From: an uncultured Chthonomonadaceae bacterium
Lineage (GTDB): Bacteria > Armatimonadota > Chthonomonadetes > Chthonomonadales > Chthonomonadaceae
Length of the DNA: 64,000 nt
Assembly: GCA_963817895.1 (NCBI GenBank)
Contig: CAWFQB010000004.1
Span: 480,001 to 544,000 of the forward strand
Direction: 5' to 3'
Part shown: in pieces, positions 1 through 10,750 of the stretch
Layout of the letters: the number at the start of each line of letters is the position of its first letter
Numbering within the stretch: position 1 is the first letter of the stretch
Position numbers and translations under genes: made by a program
The notes under the pieces: model-generated
What the model saw: only the letters and a program-made list of their open reading frames with translations
Database searches by the model: none
What the model was told of the DNA's origin: nothing

Positions 1-85
1 GTGGTTGGTGGTTGGTGGTTGGTGGTTGGTGGCTTGCTCGTATCTCGTATCTCCTATCTCGTATCTACTTATCCCTTATCCCTTA
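1..85. repeat. Heptameric short tandem repeats (GGTGGTT)n, (TATCTCG)n, (CTTATCC)n
   Basis: Tandem 7-mers read directly at the window start, upstream of rpiA. Confidence 0.8.
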
Positions 86-150
86 CCACTTCCCCCTTAT
101 TGCAGGTATAATGAGCGGACAGAAACCGTCGCCATGAGGGAGAAACCGCT

Positions 151-841
151 TTGGAGCCGAAAGACGCCGCCGCGCGCAGAGCCGTGCAGTATGTACAGCC
201 GAATACCATTATTGGTATCGGCACGGGAAGCACTTCAGCGTATGCCATTCGCGCCCTTGCGGAGCGGGTGCAGCGCGAGGGGCTGAAGATCGCTGCCGTT
301 CCCACATCGGAACAGTCGCGCGTCCTTGCCGAACAGCTTGGATATTCCGCTTGCGGATTTATCTGAAGTGGGTACGCTCGACCTGACTTTTGATGGCGCG
401 GACGAAGTAGACGCGGACTTGAACCTCATCAAAGGCGGCGGGGGCGCATTGCTGCGAGAAAAGATTGTTGCCAGCGCCAGCCGCGAACTGGTCATTATTG
501 TGGATGACAGCAAGGTAAAGCCGAAACTGGGGGCGTTCCCGCTGCCCATCGCCGTTGTGCCGTTCGGACACGAAGCCACGCACCGCCGCCTGCTGGAATT
601 CACGCCCAATGTCGCGCTGCGCATGGACAAAACCGAACCCTCCCAACCCTTCATCACCGACGACCACCTGTACATTTACGATATGCAGATGGGACATATT
701 GACGATCCGCCCGCTCTGGAAATCGCAATCCGCCGCATTGTGGGCGTTGCGGAAGTGGGGCTTTTTATCCGCATGACTTCGCGGTTGGTGATCGGCTACG
801 CGGACGGGCACACAGAGGAAAGAATGAAGGAAGAAGGATGA
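151..841 (+). CDS. rpiA: Ribose-5-phosphate isomerase A (one frameshift near 330)
   Basis: IGIGTGST in ORF 151-366; DGADEVD and IKGGGGALLREK in ORF 326-841. Confidence 0.9.
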
Positions 842-884
842 AGGATGGAGACTCTCCTTCTCCTAGGATGCCCGGAGTGAGGTA

Positions 885-2154
885 ATGAATTGGGAAGAGG
901 AAGCGCGGCGGCTGGATGCGGAGGACGAACTTGCCGGGTTTCGGCAGAAATTTTATTTGCAGCCGAATACGATCTATCTGGACGGCAACTCGCTCGGGCT
1001 GCTGTCGCGGCAATCCGAGGCCGCGCTCCTTCGCATCGTGGATATGTGGAAAATGTCTTGCCATTGACGGCTGGACGAGTGGCGAGACTCCGTGGTTTTT
1101 CCTTGCAGAAGAACTGGCGAAACTCACGGCTCCTCTGATTGGCGCGGATGCGGATGAGGTAATCGTCACCAATTCCACTACCGTCAACCTTCACCAACTG
1201 ATAGCCACACTGTATGTCGCCCGATGCCGCGTCGTTCGTATATTCTCGCGGATGCCCTCAATTTCCCCTCCGATTTGTACGCACTGCAAAGCCAACTGCG
1301 CCTGCGTGGATTTGATCCTGCCACGCATCTGGTACTTGTGCCGGGGCGCGACGGCCTGCTGAATGAAGATGATATTGTGGCGGGCATGTCCGGGCAAGTA
1401 CAAATTGCCCTGCTTCCGTCTGTGGTTTATACAAGTGGACAATTGCTGGACATCGGCGTATCTGACCGCGCAGGCGCATCGCCGAAATATTCTTATCGGC
1501 TTCGATTGTTCCCACTCCATCGGCAGCGTGCCGCACGATTTCGATGCGCAGGACGTGGATTTCGCCTTCTGGTGCAGCTACAAGTATCTGAATGGAGGGC
1601 CAGGGGCAAGCGGGGGATTGTACCTGAACCGGCGGCATTTCGGACGCGCGCCGGGATTGGCGGGTTGGTTCGGCAGCGCGAAAGAGCGTCAGTTCGACAT
1701 GGGGGGTGAACTTCATGCGGCCTCCCATGCGGGCGCGTTACAGATCGGGACCCCCAACATTCTGAGCATGGCTCCTTTACAGGGCGCTTTGGAACTGTTC
1801 GCGCAGGCGGGAATAAACGCGCTGCGGCGTAAATCCCTGCTGCTGACGGATTTCCTTATGCGGATGGCGGATGCTGAATTAGGTTCAGCCGGAGTCAGTA
1901 TTGTCAACCCACGCGAAGCGCATCGCCGGGGCGGGCATGTCGCGCTTCAGCACCCGGAAGCCATGCGAATTTGCCGCGCTCTGCGGGCGCAGGGCGTTGT
2001 TCCCGATTTCCGACCCGCCAGTATCATTCGTCTTGCCCCCGCGCCCCTGTATAATTCGTTCACCGACTGCCGCCGCGCCGTACAAATTCTCTCCAAAATA
2101 TTACAGCAGCGTACCTACGAAACCTATGCTACAACCCGCGAAATGGTTTCTTGA
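885..2154 (+). CDS. kynU: Kynureninase (frameshifts near 1055, 1225, 1455)
   Basis: [36 protein letters not shown] and [12 protein letters not shown] (PLP lysine) spread over consecutive ORFs. Confidence 0.9.
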
Positions 2155-2166
2155 AAATTTAAGTTC

Positions 2167-2376
2167 TTTGTCTTGAACCATGAATTCACTACCGGACACA
2201 TTTTCCGAGTATTGAAAATACCCGTCTGAGTGGCGTTCCGCCAAGCGTCCTTCGGACGCGGAAATCTATGCAACAAAGAATCGCGTCCGAAGGACGCTTG
2301 GCCGCAGGCCATGTAGACAGGGTTTTTCAACCCCTGGCAAAAGGTGTCCGGTAGTGAATTCATGGTTCAAGACAAA
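2167..2376. mobile_element. About 210-bp fold-back, MITE-like element
   Basis: 33-bp perfect inverted repeat 2167-2199 / 2344-2376, inner 20-bp perfect IR 2241-2260 / 2282-2301; no credible ORF. Confidence 0.65.
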
Positions 2377-2394
2377 AAGGAACGCCAACCACCC

Positions 2395-3014
2395 ATGCCC
2401 TTCTACGACATTACGCTTCCGCTTACCTCCGACATTGCGCCCTGGCCAGGAGACACGCCTTTTCGCTGACGCGGAATCTGGCGCTTGCGAATGGCGACAG
2501 CGTGAACCTGAGTTCATCTGCATGAGCGTTCACAATGGAACCCATACGGATGCGCCGTACCATTTTTCGGAGGCGGGAGCGACAGCAGAAAAACTGGACA
2601 TTTCCGCGTATATCGGGCCAGCGGTTGTTCTGGATGTATCGGGTAGAACGTTGATTACTATTGAAAATTTGGCAGGTATTGAGATTAGCCGGACGCCGCG
2701 CGTTTTGTTCAAGACGGGCGGCATGGCAGGATCACAGCCGGTTTCCCGAACATATTCCCACCCTGATGCCCGATGTACCCGCATATCTCCATTCGCGGGG
2801 CGTGGTTCTCGTCGGCTTCGACGTGCCTTCGGTAGACGCGCTCGACAGCAAAGACCTGCCGGTTCATCACGCGCTTGGCAAATATAATATCGCCATTCTC
2901 GAATCGCTGCTGCTGAAAGATGTGCCGCCGGGTGAATACGAACTGTTGGCGTTGCCGCTCAAATTAGTCGGCGCGGATGGCGCTCCGGTTCGCGCCGTTC
3001 TGCGTTCTTTGTGA
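2395..3014 (+). CDS. kynB: Kynurenine formamidase, cyclase family (two frameshifts)
   Basis: MPFYDITLPL..PWPGDTPF start, HNGTHTDAPYH metal motif, GFDVPSVD, GADGAPVRAVL; next to kynU. Confidence 0.85.
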
Positions 3015-3028
3015 TACCGGCTTTGCGT

Positions 3029-3772
3029 TCACTGCTTGCGGGGCCGAAATATCAAGTAAAACTGGCTGGCATGGCGCAGGAAATCTTGACGTTCGGCCAG
3101 TTCCCATCCCGCTTCTTCCGCTTCCCGAATCACGTCTTGTTCCCCGACCCAATGCCCTTCGGGAGCCGATGGATCGCCTTTGATGCCCGCATCAAAATCA
3201 ATGATCGCTAATCGCGCGTCCGGGGAAGCCGACTTGCGGAGCGTCTGAAGAAACGCGACGGGATTTTCCACCTCGTGGTAGACAGTGAGCAGCACGAAGC
3301 AATCCACGCTGCCTCGCGGCAATTTCGGATCGTCCGCGCGTCCTAAAATCACATGAACATTACGATGTGACTGCGCTTTTTGTCGCAGGGTCGGCAGGAA
3401 CGCCGCCTGTATCTCCTCCTCGAACACGCAGCCCCGCGCCCCGACGCCCCTGCTCAAATACGGCAGGAGATACCCTGAGCCTGCGCCGATGTCCGCTACA
3501 ATCTCGCCCGGTTTTAAGCGCAGCATTTCCACCAATCTCTGCGGCTGCTGCCATTTGTCGCGCTTCTCTCCTTCCAGCAGTTCCCCGGCATGTTCAGGGT
3601 TGAATAAGGGCGATACGGAACGCGGCGGGGGAAGCAAGGAGAGCGGGGGCAGTTCGCGCGACGGCGCAAGGGGATAGCTGCTGCGTTGAACTTGCGCCAC
3701 GCGCAGCAGTGTGCAAAGGCTCAAAACCGAGCAGGCGGCAATCAATAAACCGCGAAACCGCAAAGCGTTCAC
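3029..3772 (-). CDS. Class I SAM-dependent methyltransferase with N-terminal signal or TM segment
   Basis: VADIGAGSG motif; GTG start at 3772 overlaps the upstream TGA. Confidence 0.8.
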   Translation of the reverse strand: MNALRFRGLLIAACSVLSLCTLLRVAQVQRSSYPLAPSRELPPLSLLPPPRSVSPLFNPEHAGELLEGEKRDKWQQPQRLVEMLRLKPGEIVADIGAGSGYLLPYLSRGVGARGCVFEEEIQAAFLPTLRQKAQSHRNVHVILGRADDPKLPRGSVDCFVLLTVYHEVENPVAFLQTLRKSASPDARLAIIDFDAGIKGDPSAPEGHWVGEQDVIREAEEAGWELAERQDFLRHASQFYLIFRPRKQ

Positions 3773-4940
3773 GGCAACACTCCCACCGTGTACAGCGCAT
3801 GATGATAGCAAAAACTTAGATGTTCCCCATCCGGCAGCCAGCGAACATCCTGAATTTCATCCTGACAGGAACGCCCTGCAATCGGCGCGCCGAGCCGCGT
3901 TGTTCTCCGCAGCTTCATGTCCACTGTTACGCCGCCGATCTCGCGCATGTCACTGCCATCCAAATGCGACACCTGTAGGCTCATCCACTGATAGGAGGGC
4001 GCTTCGAACCGGGGGTAAAGCGGCGCAGCAGGGCGCGAAGAGGAGGCGTATAAGCGCGCGAGTGAAACAGCCAGAAGACGCGATTGCCCTGCGGCGAAAT
4101 CCGGGCAGAATCGCCGTCAGCGCTGTTACACGCGGCGAAGGTCAGGCCGGGGGGCGCGTGAACCACATGTTTGACGGCGGCTGATCCGGGCGTAAGAGAT
4201 TGCAGCAGCAGGACGCGCGTATCGTTTTCCTCATAAGCGGACGCATACGCATACAGCAGGCCACTGGCCGTAAGCATGGGCGGGCTGTAGTATTGCGCGG
4301 CTCCAAATTCGGGCAGAAAAGGAATAGTGAGGAGTTTTAAATTTTGAATTTCAGTTTGCGGATTAACTATGATCGCGCTTCCGTCTTCTGACGAGATTTG
4401 CGCATCCAATTTTCGCGCGTCTAAAAACGGAAGGCGCAGAAAGTTGTCGGAAAGGGGGGCGGTTGCATTGTTCAAATTAGGCAGGAACACAAGGCGTCCG
4501 TTCGCCAGCCAGAACGGAGCGCCATTGGCAATGTTCTGATTGTCCGGCGGCGTGTTCCACTGGCAGGATTGCAGCCGGGTTCCTTTCGTCGTGAAAAGTT
4601 GAGGCGTGGCCGAGCCATGATAAACGACATGCTTGCCATCCGGCGAGACTTTGAGGAAATAGGGCATATCCGAAGTGTTGGACAGGCTGCGCTGAAGTTC
4701 GGGCAAGGGAACCTTTGTTCCCGTCAGCGTGTCCAGACGGAAGCAGTTCCAGCCATGCTCCGGCGCGCGGTCAAATACCAACAATTCATGGTTGGAAAGC
4801 CATTGATACGGCGCGTCGCCCGAAAAAGCGGTTCGGGCAGCCTTTTGAAGCAGGTCAGGGCGCGGCGTCAGGCAGAGCAGAAGCAAAGCCCATCCGCCGA
4901 AAACAAGCGCGCCGATAAGGATAATGGACAATCGTCGCAT
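3769..4940 (-). CDS. Membrane-anchored TolB/WD40-like repeat protein (probable frameshift near 4012)
   Basis: N-terminal TM, SPDGK, SPQGN and WLPDGE turns; ORFs 3981-5189 and 3769-3984 join across a G5 run. Confidence 0.55.
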
Positions 4941-4992
4941 GGTTTTACAGCGGATGGCAATTTGAAAGCAAATTGCCATCCGGCAGAACAGA

Positions 4993-5166
4993 TCAGGGCA
5001 GGGAACTTCCGTCCCAGGCGTGTTCCGGGTCGGGGTAAAAGGTGACGTTGCTGTTGCAGGTGACGCCGGTGTTGTGCAGCAGAATAAGCCAGCCGCCCGG
5101 CACTTTCGCGCGGTAGACCTCGCACAGATAGGGATGATTTTTGAGATGTTGCCACTCGATAGACAT
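4993..5166 (-). CDS. 57-aa small hypothetical protein, absent from the ORF track
   Basis: Hand translation MSIEWQHLKNHPYLCEVYRAKVPGGWLILLHNTGVTCNSNVTFYPDPEHAWDGSSLP; GAAAGGA RBS upstream of the ATG. Confidence 0.7.
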   Translation of the reverse strand: MSIEWQHLKNHPYLCEVYRAKVPGGWLILLHNTGVTCNSNVTFYPDPEHAWDGSSLP

Positions 5167-5276
5167 TGCCGCGTCCTTTCCGAATTCACCGATGAATTGC
5201 TATGCTTCTCATGTTGAGAAGACCTACATTACCGGAACGCCAAACATCATGCGCCAAACACTTTTGATGTTGCAAC

Positions 5277-6293
5277 TTAGAATTCTACAATGGCCTTAAT
5301 AACTCCTGTTTCCGGCTTGATCCAATCGGGAAAATGCGCAATCATATTTTCGCAATCGGCGCGATGGGTAATCCAGGGAGCGGTATTGATTTTCCCGGTT
5401 TCCATCAGGCCGATAATGCGGCGGAAATCATCCCCGGTGGAGTTGCGGGTCGCCAGCAGGGTCAGTTCGCGGCGGTGGAAATCCGGGTCCTGAAAAGTGA
5501 CCTCGCCGAGAAACAGGCCGACAAACACCAATTTGCCGCCCGCCGCAGGGTACTGAAACGCGCCGTGCATGGACGCGGAATTGCCCGTCGCGTCGAAAAC
5601 TATGGTGGGCAGGTCGCTGTGTGTCCGTTCCTTAATGTCCAGAAACGCGCCTTCACCGGCAAGAACGGTTTCCGAAACCCCCATATTTTGCCGGCAAAAT
5701 TCCAGCCGACCGGGATTGGTGTCCATCACAAGAACCCGCGCTCCCCGCGCCTGTACAAACTGAATCACGGCAAGGCCGATAGGTCCCGCGCCAATAACTA
5801 ACGCGGTATCGTCCGCCTGAACATCAGCCCGCTGCACGGCGTGAGCGCCGATACCCAATGTTTCCACAAGCGCCAGTTGGTCCAGCGAAAGTTTGTCGGA
5901 TTTGTGCAGCTTTCGGGCGGGAACTTCGATAATTTCGCGCATCCCGCCGTCCGTATGCACCCCCAATACTTGCAGGGATGTGCAGCAATTGATTTTGCCC
6001 CGCCGACACGCGATGCAATGACCGCAATTCAGATAAGGCTCTACCGCGCAGAAATCACCCGCCTTCAAGTCCGTAACGTTCGCGCCAACCTCAACCACTT
6101 CCACGCCCAGTTCGTGGCCGAGGATACGCGGGTAAGTGAAGAACGGCTGCCGTCCGGCAAAAGCGTGAATATCCGTGCCGCAAATGCCTACGCGCCGGAC
6201 GCGGACGAGTACGCCGTTTTCGGAGGAGAGCATCGGCGCGTCCGTATCGCTGTGCGCCAGTTGGCCGGGTTCGTGCAGGGTGATTGTTTTCAT
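5277..6293 (-). CDS. Zn-dependent MDR dehydrogenase, L-galactonate dehydrogenase (YjjN/LgoD)-like
   Basis: GICGTDIHAFAGRQPFFTYPRILGHE, CGHCIACRRGKINC, GAGPIG. Confidence 0.8.
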   Translation of the reverse strand: MKTITLHEPGQLAHSDTDAPMLSSENGVLVRVRRVGICGTDIHAFAGRQPFFTYPRILGHELGVEVVEVGANVTDLKAGDFCAVEPYLNCGHCIACRRGKINCCTSLQVLGVHTDGGMREIIEVPARKLHKSDKLSLDQLALVETLGIGAHAVQRADVQADDTALVIGAGPIGLAVIQFVQARGARVLVMDTNPGRLEFCRQNMGVSETVLAGEGAFLDIKERTHSDLPTIVFDATGNSASMHGAFQYPAAGGKLVFVGLFLGEVTFQDPDFHRRELTLLATRNSTGDDFRRIIGLMETGKINTAPWITHRADCENMIAHFPDWIKPETGVIKAIVEF

Positions 6294-6295
6294 AG

Positions 6296-6374
6296 TGGTA
6301 GGGGGTAGAGAGTAGGGTGTGGGGAGTAGGGAGTCGGTCTTGTCTACTCCCTGCTTCCTACTCCCCACACCCTA
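6296..6374. repeat. Inverted heptamer repeat arms (GGGAGTA / TACTCCC)
   Basis: gtagggtgtggggagtagggag ... ctactccctgcttcctactccccacacccta. Confidence 0.65.
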
Positions 6375-7301
6375 ATTATTTTCCGGCCTGCCGTTGGGCC
6401 ATGTCTTGTTGTGAATGGGTTCTAAAATGGCGAGTACGTCGCGCAGTAAATCAGGGTCGGGCGCGACGCCGACGCAGGCGAGATTTTGCGCGAGTTGTTG
6501 ACGATTGGCGATGCCGCTCAGGGTGGAAGCCACGTCGTTGTTGGATAAAGAGAATTGCAGGCCCAGCGCGGCTATGTCCGTGCCGCGTTCCCGGCATAGC
6601 GCGGCGGCGCGAGCGCAGGCGGCTCTCATTTCCGCATCGGCGGAATGCCATGCGGGCGGCGGGTGATTGGTCAGCAGGCCCATGCCAAGCGGCGAGGCGT
6701 TGATGATGCCGACGTTTTTGGCTTGCAGATAAGGAATCGTTGCTTCCAGTGTCGTGTCGTTAAGGGAATAGTGACAGTACGTGATGATGGCGTCCACATC
6801 CACGCGGTCAAGCACTTTCGGGTAAATGGCGAGTGGCAGGCCGCTAAATCCGACAAACCGAACCTTGCCCGTATCCCGTACCTTATACAAAGCGGGAATG
6901 GCCTCCTCTACAACCTGATTGATGTCCACGAACTCTATGTCGTGGCATAAGATCAGGTCAATGTAATCCACGTTCAGGCGCTGAAGGCTTTCATCTATGC
7001 TGCGGGTTACGCGCCCGGCGGAAAAATCGAAATCGCTGTTGCCATAGCGCCCGACTTTGGTGGAAAGAATATAGCGGTCGCGCGGCACAGTTTTCAGCGC
7101 TTTACCGAGTACAATTTCCGCCTTCAACACGCCATAATACGGGGACACGTCCACATAGTTGATACCCGCATCGAACGCGGCGTGAACTGTAGCGATGCCG
7201 TCCGCCTCATCCAGTTCCCCGAACACGCCCCCAAGCGGCGCGGCTCCCAATCCGAGGACGGAGAGTTCCAGTCCGGTTTGTCCTAATGGTCTTGTTTCCA
7301 T
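6372..7301 (-). CDS. Aldo/keto reductase, L-galactose or D-threo-aldose dehydrogenase-like
   Basis: METRPLGQTG, GLGAAPLGGVFG, DVSPYYG, STKVGRYG, CHDIEF. Confidence 0.8.
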   Translation of the reverse strand: METRPLGQTGLELSVLGLGAAPLGGVFGELDEADGIATVHAAFDAGINYVDVSPYYGVLKAEIVLGKALKTVPRDRYILSTKVGRYGNSDFDFSAGRVTRSIDESLQRLNVDYIDLILCHDIEFVDINQVVEEAIPALYKVRDTGKVRFVGFSGLPLAIYPKVLDRVDVDAIITYCHYSLNDTTLEATIPYLQAKNVGIINASPLGMGLLTNHPPPAWHSADAEMRAACARAAALCRERGTDIAALGLQFSLSNNDVASTLSGIANRQQLAQNLACVGVAPDPDLLRDVLAILEPIHNKTWPNGRPENN

Positions 7302-7413
7302 AATCTTGATTCTCACCTGCAATATGACGCGCGCAATCGGCAGACGAAGCAAAGCCGGAAATGTATTCACATGCTTTGCCACTTCCGATTTTTCAACGAC
7401 ACAGGTTAAGCCG

Positions 7414-8175
7414 CTAACTGCCACCCTGTAACGCCGCAATTATCGCGAGCAGCCGCGCATTCTCCGCGTCGGCGTTGTCTGCGCGTTGGACTGCTTCATT
7501 GGCGCGTTGCGCTTCTTGCTCGGCGCGTTGCGTTGCTTCATTAGCGCGTTGCGCTTCCATATCCACGCGCTGCATGGCTTCCAGAGGCGTGAGCAGCACA
7601 ATATCGCGAATGGGATCATACAGGCGCAACGTGTTGCCTTCCAGCATCAAATCAAGCCCTAACTGCTCACTGCGCATCCGGTTCTCTACCAGAGGAATGG
7701 CCACATAGTGGCCTTCCACCAGCCTGTAACCTTGCAGGCGCGGGCGCAGGTAATCCCCTGTTGGATCGAACATGAAATATTCCGGCACGCGCAGAATACG
7801 CTCGTACATCGGACGCTTCCGGTCTGTATCCTGCCGCCTTGTCTTTTTAGACGTTATCTCAAAGACTACGTTCGGCGTCCTGCCATTCTCTTTCCAGACC
7901 ATGAATGTGTCGCGTTCGTGTTTGGGTACATCGAACACCACATAGCAGTCCGGCGACACGACCGCGTGAGGGTTGCCCTGCTCGAAGTACAGAAAGTTGT
8001 TGCCGGCCACATAGATATTCGGATCGTCGGCATAATGCGCCGCCAGCCCGTTAATCATGTAAAACATCTGATTCAAGTGAATATCGGTTTCTGCTATTGG
8101 TTTGCCGTCACTCGTCGGATACATATCGTCCTCATTACGAGGGCGTTTGGAACGGAGTGGAATCGTCGCAGTCAT
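7414..8175 (-). CDS. Uma2 family endonuclease with C-terminal coiled-coil repeats
   Basis: YPTSDGKPIAET, SPDCYVVF, FEITS, EYFMFDP; EAQRA repeats. Confidence 0.85.
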   Translation of the reverse strand: MTATIPLRSKRPRNEDDMYPTSDGKPIAETDIHLNQMFYMINGLAAHYADDPNIYVAGNNFLYFEQGNPHAVVSPDCYVVFDVPKHERDTFMVWKENGRTPNVVFEITSKKTRRQDTDRKRPMYERILRVPEYFMFDPTGDYLRPRLQGYRLVEGHYVAIPLVENRMRSEQLGLDLMLEGNTLRLYDPIRDIVLLTPLEAMQRVDMEAQRANEATQRAEQEAQRANEAVQRADNADAENARLLAIIAALQGGS

Positions 8176-8240
8176 CAGCGTTTCTCCTCGACATTCGCGG
8201 GTAGTTCAGAATTCAAGGCGATAGTGTCCCGCATTTGGCT

Positions 8241-9212
8241 TCAAAGTTCGGCCAGAAAGTCGAAAATGCGGTCATTGCATCCGGGCAGTCCCTCGTGGCC
8301 GTAGTCCGGGTAGATGAGCAGGTCTTTGGGCGCGGTAATCTTATTGTACGCGGCGAACTGCGTGGACGGCGGGCAAATCGTGTCCATCAGGCCGACTGCC
8401 ATGAGAACGCGGGCGCGTATCCGATGCGCGAGATGCTGGTTGTCAATATAGCCAAGCCGGGTGAATATCTCAGCCTCGCGCTCGTGCAGCGGATCGAACT
8501 GGCGCAGATATGTTCGTAACTCCTCATACGCGCCCACTGCCAGATCCATTTCCCATACGCGTTGATAATCGCACAGGAACGGATAGACCGGCGCGGCGCG
8601 TTTGATGCGCGGTTCGAGGGCGGCGCAGGCAAGCGTCAATGCCCCGCCCTGTGAACCTCCGGTTGCGCCCACCCGGTTCGCGTCCACTTCGGGCAGGTTC
8701 ATCACGATGCCTGCCAGTTGCGCCGTGTCCAGATACACCTGCCGGAAATACAATTTTTCGGGCGCGTCGTCCAACCCGCGTATGATATGCCCGCGCAGCG
8801 TGTTGCCCCGAACGCCCTCGATGTTTTCCGACAATCCGCCCTGTCCGCGCGCGTCCAACGCGGCCACGCAAAAGCCCTGCCCGACGTAATTGAGTTTGTC
8901 CGCCCAATCGCCGCTGTTGCCGGAATACCCGTGAAACATCAGCGCGGCGGGACAACCGTTTGGATTTAGCGCGGGCGCGTTTTTGGGGCGCAGGTATTTG
9001 GCATGAACGCGCGACCCGCCCACGCCCGTAAAATACAGATCGAAACATTCGGCATGGGGCGCGTTCAGTTTATGCGGAACCAACTCCACGCGGGCGTCAA
9101 CGCTGCGCATCTCTTCCAGAGCGTGATCCCAGTACGCTTCCATATCGTCGGGGCGCGGGTTGCGGCCCTCGTACACTTTCAATCGTTCCAGCGGCATATC
9201 AACCTGTGGCAT
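8241..9212 (-). CDS. Acetyl xylan esterase / cephalosporin C deacetylase (CE7)
   Basis: RGQGG, GGSQGG nucleophile, GLMDTICPPSTQFA, YGHE. Confidence 0.9.
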   Translation of the reverse strand: MPQVDMPLERLKVYEGRNPRPDDMEAYWDHALEEMRSVDARVELVPHKLNAPHAECFDLYFTGVGGSRVHAKYLRPKNAPALNPNGCPAALMFHGYSGNSGDWADKLNYVGQGFCVAALDARGQGGLSENIEGVRGNTLRGHIIRGLDDAPEKLYFRQVYLDTAQLAGIVMNLPEVDANRVGATGGSQGGALTLACAALEPRIKRAAPVYPFLCDYQRVWEMDLAVGAYEELRTYLRQFDPLHEREAEIFTRLGYIDNQHLAHRIRARVLMAVGLMDTICPPSTQFAAYNKITAPKDLLIYPDYGHEGLPGCNDRIFDFLAEL

Positions 9213-9224
9213 GGCAGAACCTCC

Positions 9225-9323
9225 GGGGAGGGGAGTAGGGAGTGGGTTGTAGGGAGTAGGTATGCGCGAAATTTAGTAACATCTCAGTGTTTCCTACTCC
9301 TTGCAACCTACTCCCTACTCCCC
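9225..9323. repeat. Inverted heptamer repeat arms (GGGAGTA / TACTCCC)
   Basis: ggggagtagggagtgggttgtagggagtagg ... cctactccttgcaacctactccctactcccc. Confidence 0.65.
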
Positions 9324-9734
9324 GCTTTTCCAACATCTTGGCGCGATTATAAAAAACGAGTGAAAATTTAAGAAGCATAGCGCTAATTACGGCGGATGGC
9401 GGTTCAACTCCTGCCTGCAAAACATTGTAGAACAGAGAATTACCTGTTTTTGAACAAACTTATTTTCCTTCTGTCGGCTATTGCTTTTTCCACATGCCAG
9501 TAGGGTAATATGAAAAAGTAGATTGTGCTTTTTGGAACTCCTTTGGATGCCGGATTGTTTATCAGGCTGGCGCGTCGTTTTCTGCAACGCGCTCGCCCAT
9601 TCAACAGAATTCATTGGCGCGTTATCCCTCCCACAGTTTTGCCGTTGTTTGTGTCGCCGCTTGCAAGATTCCGCATTGCCGTTGTTGCTGTATTGGTCAC
9701 ATTCGCTGTATTCTGCACACGAGAAGAGGAAGAC

Positions 9735-10667
9735 ATGCGCTGCCTTGCCGGGTTCCTGCTGCTGATACTGCTGTTGCTTTTTGCCGGGTGCGGGGGCAAC
9801 TTAGGCGCTCCGACCGGGCTTGTCGCCGCAACGGTGACGTTTACCGCAACCGTTCCGCCAATGCCCTCCCCGCAACCCAAATCGGTGCAACTGGCGATTG
9901 CGAAAGCGAACCTGAACGGCTCCGATTTCACGGTCACGCAGAATATCAATCCCACCAACGGCGGCATGTTTCCCGTTCCCGCGGACGGACACCCGCTTGG
10001 CCCCCTGCGTCCCATCACGACCACGCTGAGTTCACGCTTTTATTCCGGGCCGGATGCCAGCGGCGACGTGATTTCCAGCGCGAATGTACCCATTACGCTT
10101 CATTCCGGCCCCAACCAGTTCGGTTTCGCTTCCAATGCCGCTGTCGCGTCCATTGCCCTCGTTCCCGATCAATCGCTTGTTCTGGGACAGTCTCGCGCCC
10201 TCGATGCTATTTTGCGGGACAAGGACGGCAACTACGTGGCGGTTCCCGGCAGCCAGATCAGTTTTACGGTTACGCAGGGACAGGATGTGGTTCAGGCCGT
10301 CAACAACAACACGCAGCTGAAGGGCCTGAAACTCGGAACCGCGACCGTAACAATCACCGCGCAGGGTCTGACCAGCGCGCCGGGTACGGTTCAGGTGGTG
10401 GCGGGCGTGTTCATCAATCCGACAAGCGCGTCTGTCGCGCCCGGAGCGCAGCAGACGTTTACGGCCAGCCAGCCCGTCGTGTGGAGCATTCAGGAGGGCG
10501 CGGCGGGCGGAACCATCGTCACCAACACCGACGGCTCGGCAACGTATACCGCCCCGGTCGGCGCGGGAACCTTCCACGTCGTTGCCACCAGTCAGGCCAA
10601 CTCCACGCAATCGGCGACGGCAGCGGTCACGGTGCAGTCCGGCACGGGCGGCTTCATTATTCAATAG
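9735..10667 (+). CDS. Lipoprotein with Ig-like domains (candidate anchor subunit)
   Basis: Lipobox LFAG-C, beta-rich domains, one WSIQEGAAGG repeat, C-terminus TVQSGTGGFIIQ. Confidence 0.8.
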   Translation: MRCLAGFLLLILLLLFAGCGGNLGAPTGLVAATVTFTATVPPMPSPQPKSVQLAIAKANLNGSDFTVTQNINPTNGGMFPVPADGHPLGPLRPITTTLSSRFYSGPDASGDVISSANVPITLHSGPNQFGFASNAAVASIALVPDQSLVLGQSRALDAILRDKDGNYVAVPGSQISFTVTQGQDVVQAVNNNTQLKGLKLGTATVTITAQGLTSAPGTVQVVAGVFINPTSASVAPGAQQTFTASQPVVWSIQEGAAGGTIVTNTDGSATYTAPVGAGTFHVVATSQANSTQSATAAVTVQSGTGGFIIQ

Positions 10668-10750
10668 CCGCCTGTACAGAATTTTTGAACCGCAAAGAAG
10701 CAAAGACAGCAAAGAAATAGCAAGGGAAGAAAAGCAAGGAAACAACGGTT

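Noticed and set aside
885..3014. Programmed ribosomal frameshifting in kynU and kynB
   Set aside because: Multiple breaks without consistent slippery sites, and the same pattern in many unrelated genes
9392..9420. tRNA-like T-arm GGCGGTTCAACTCCTGCC
   Set aside because: No D arm, anticodon arm or acceptor stem could be built
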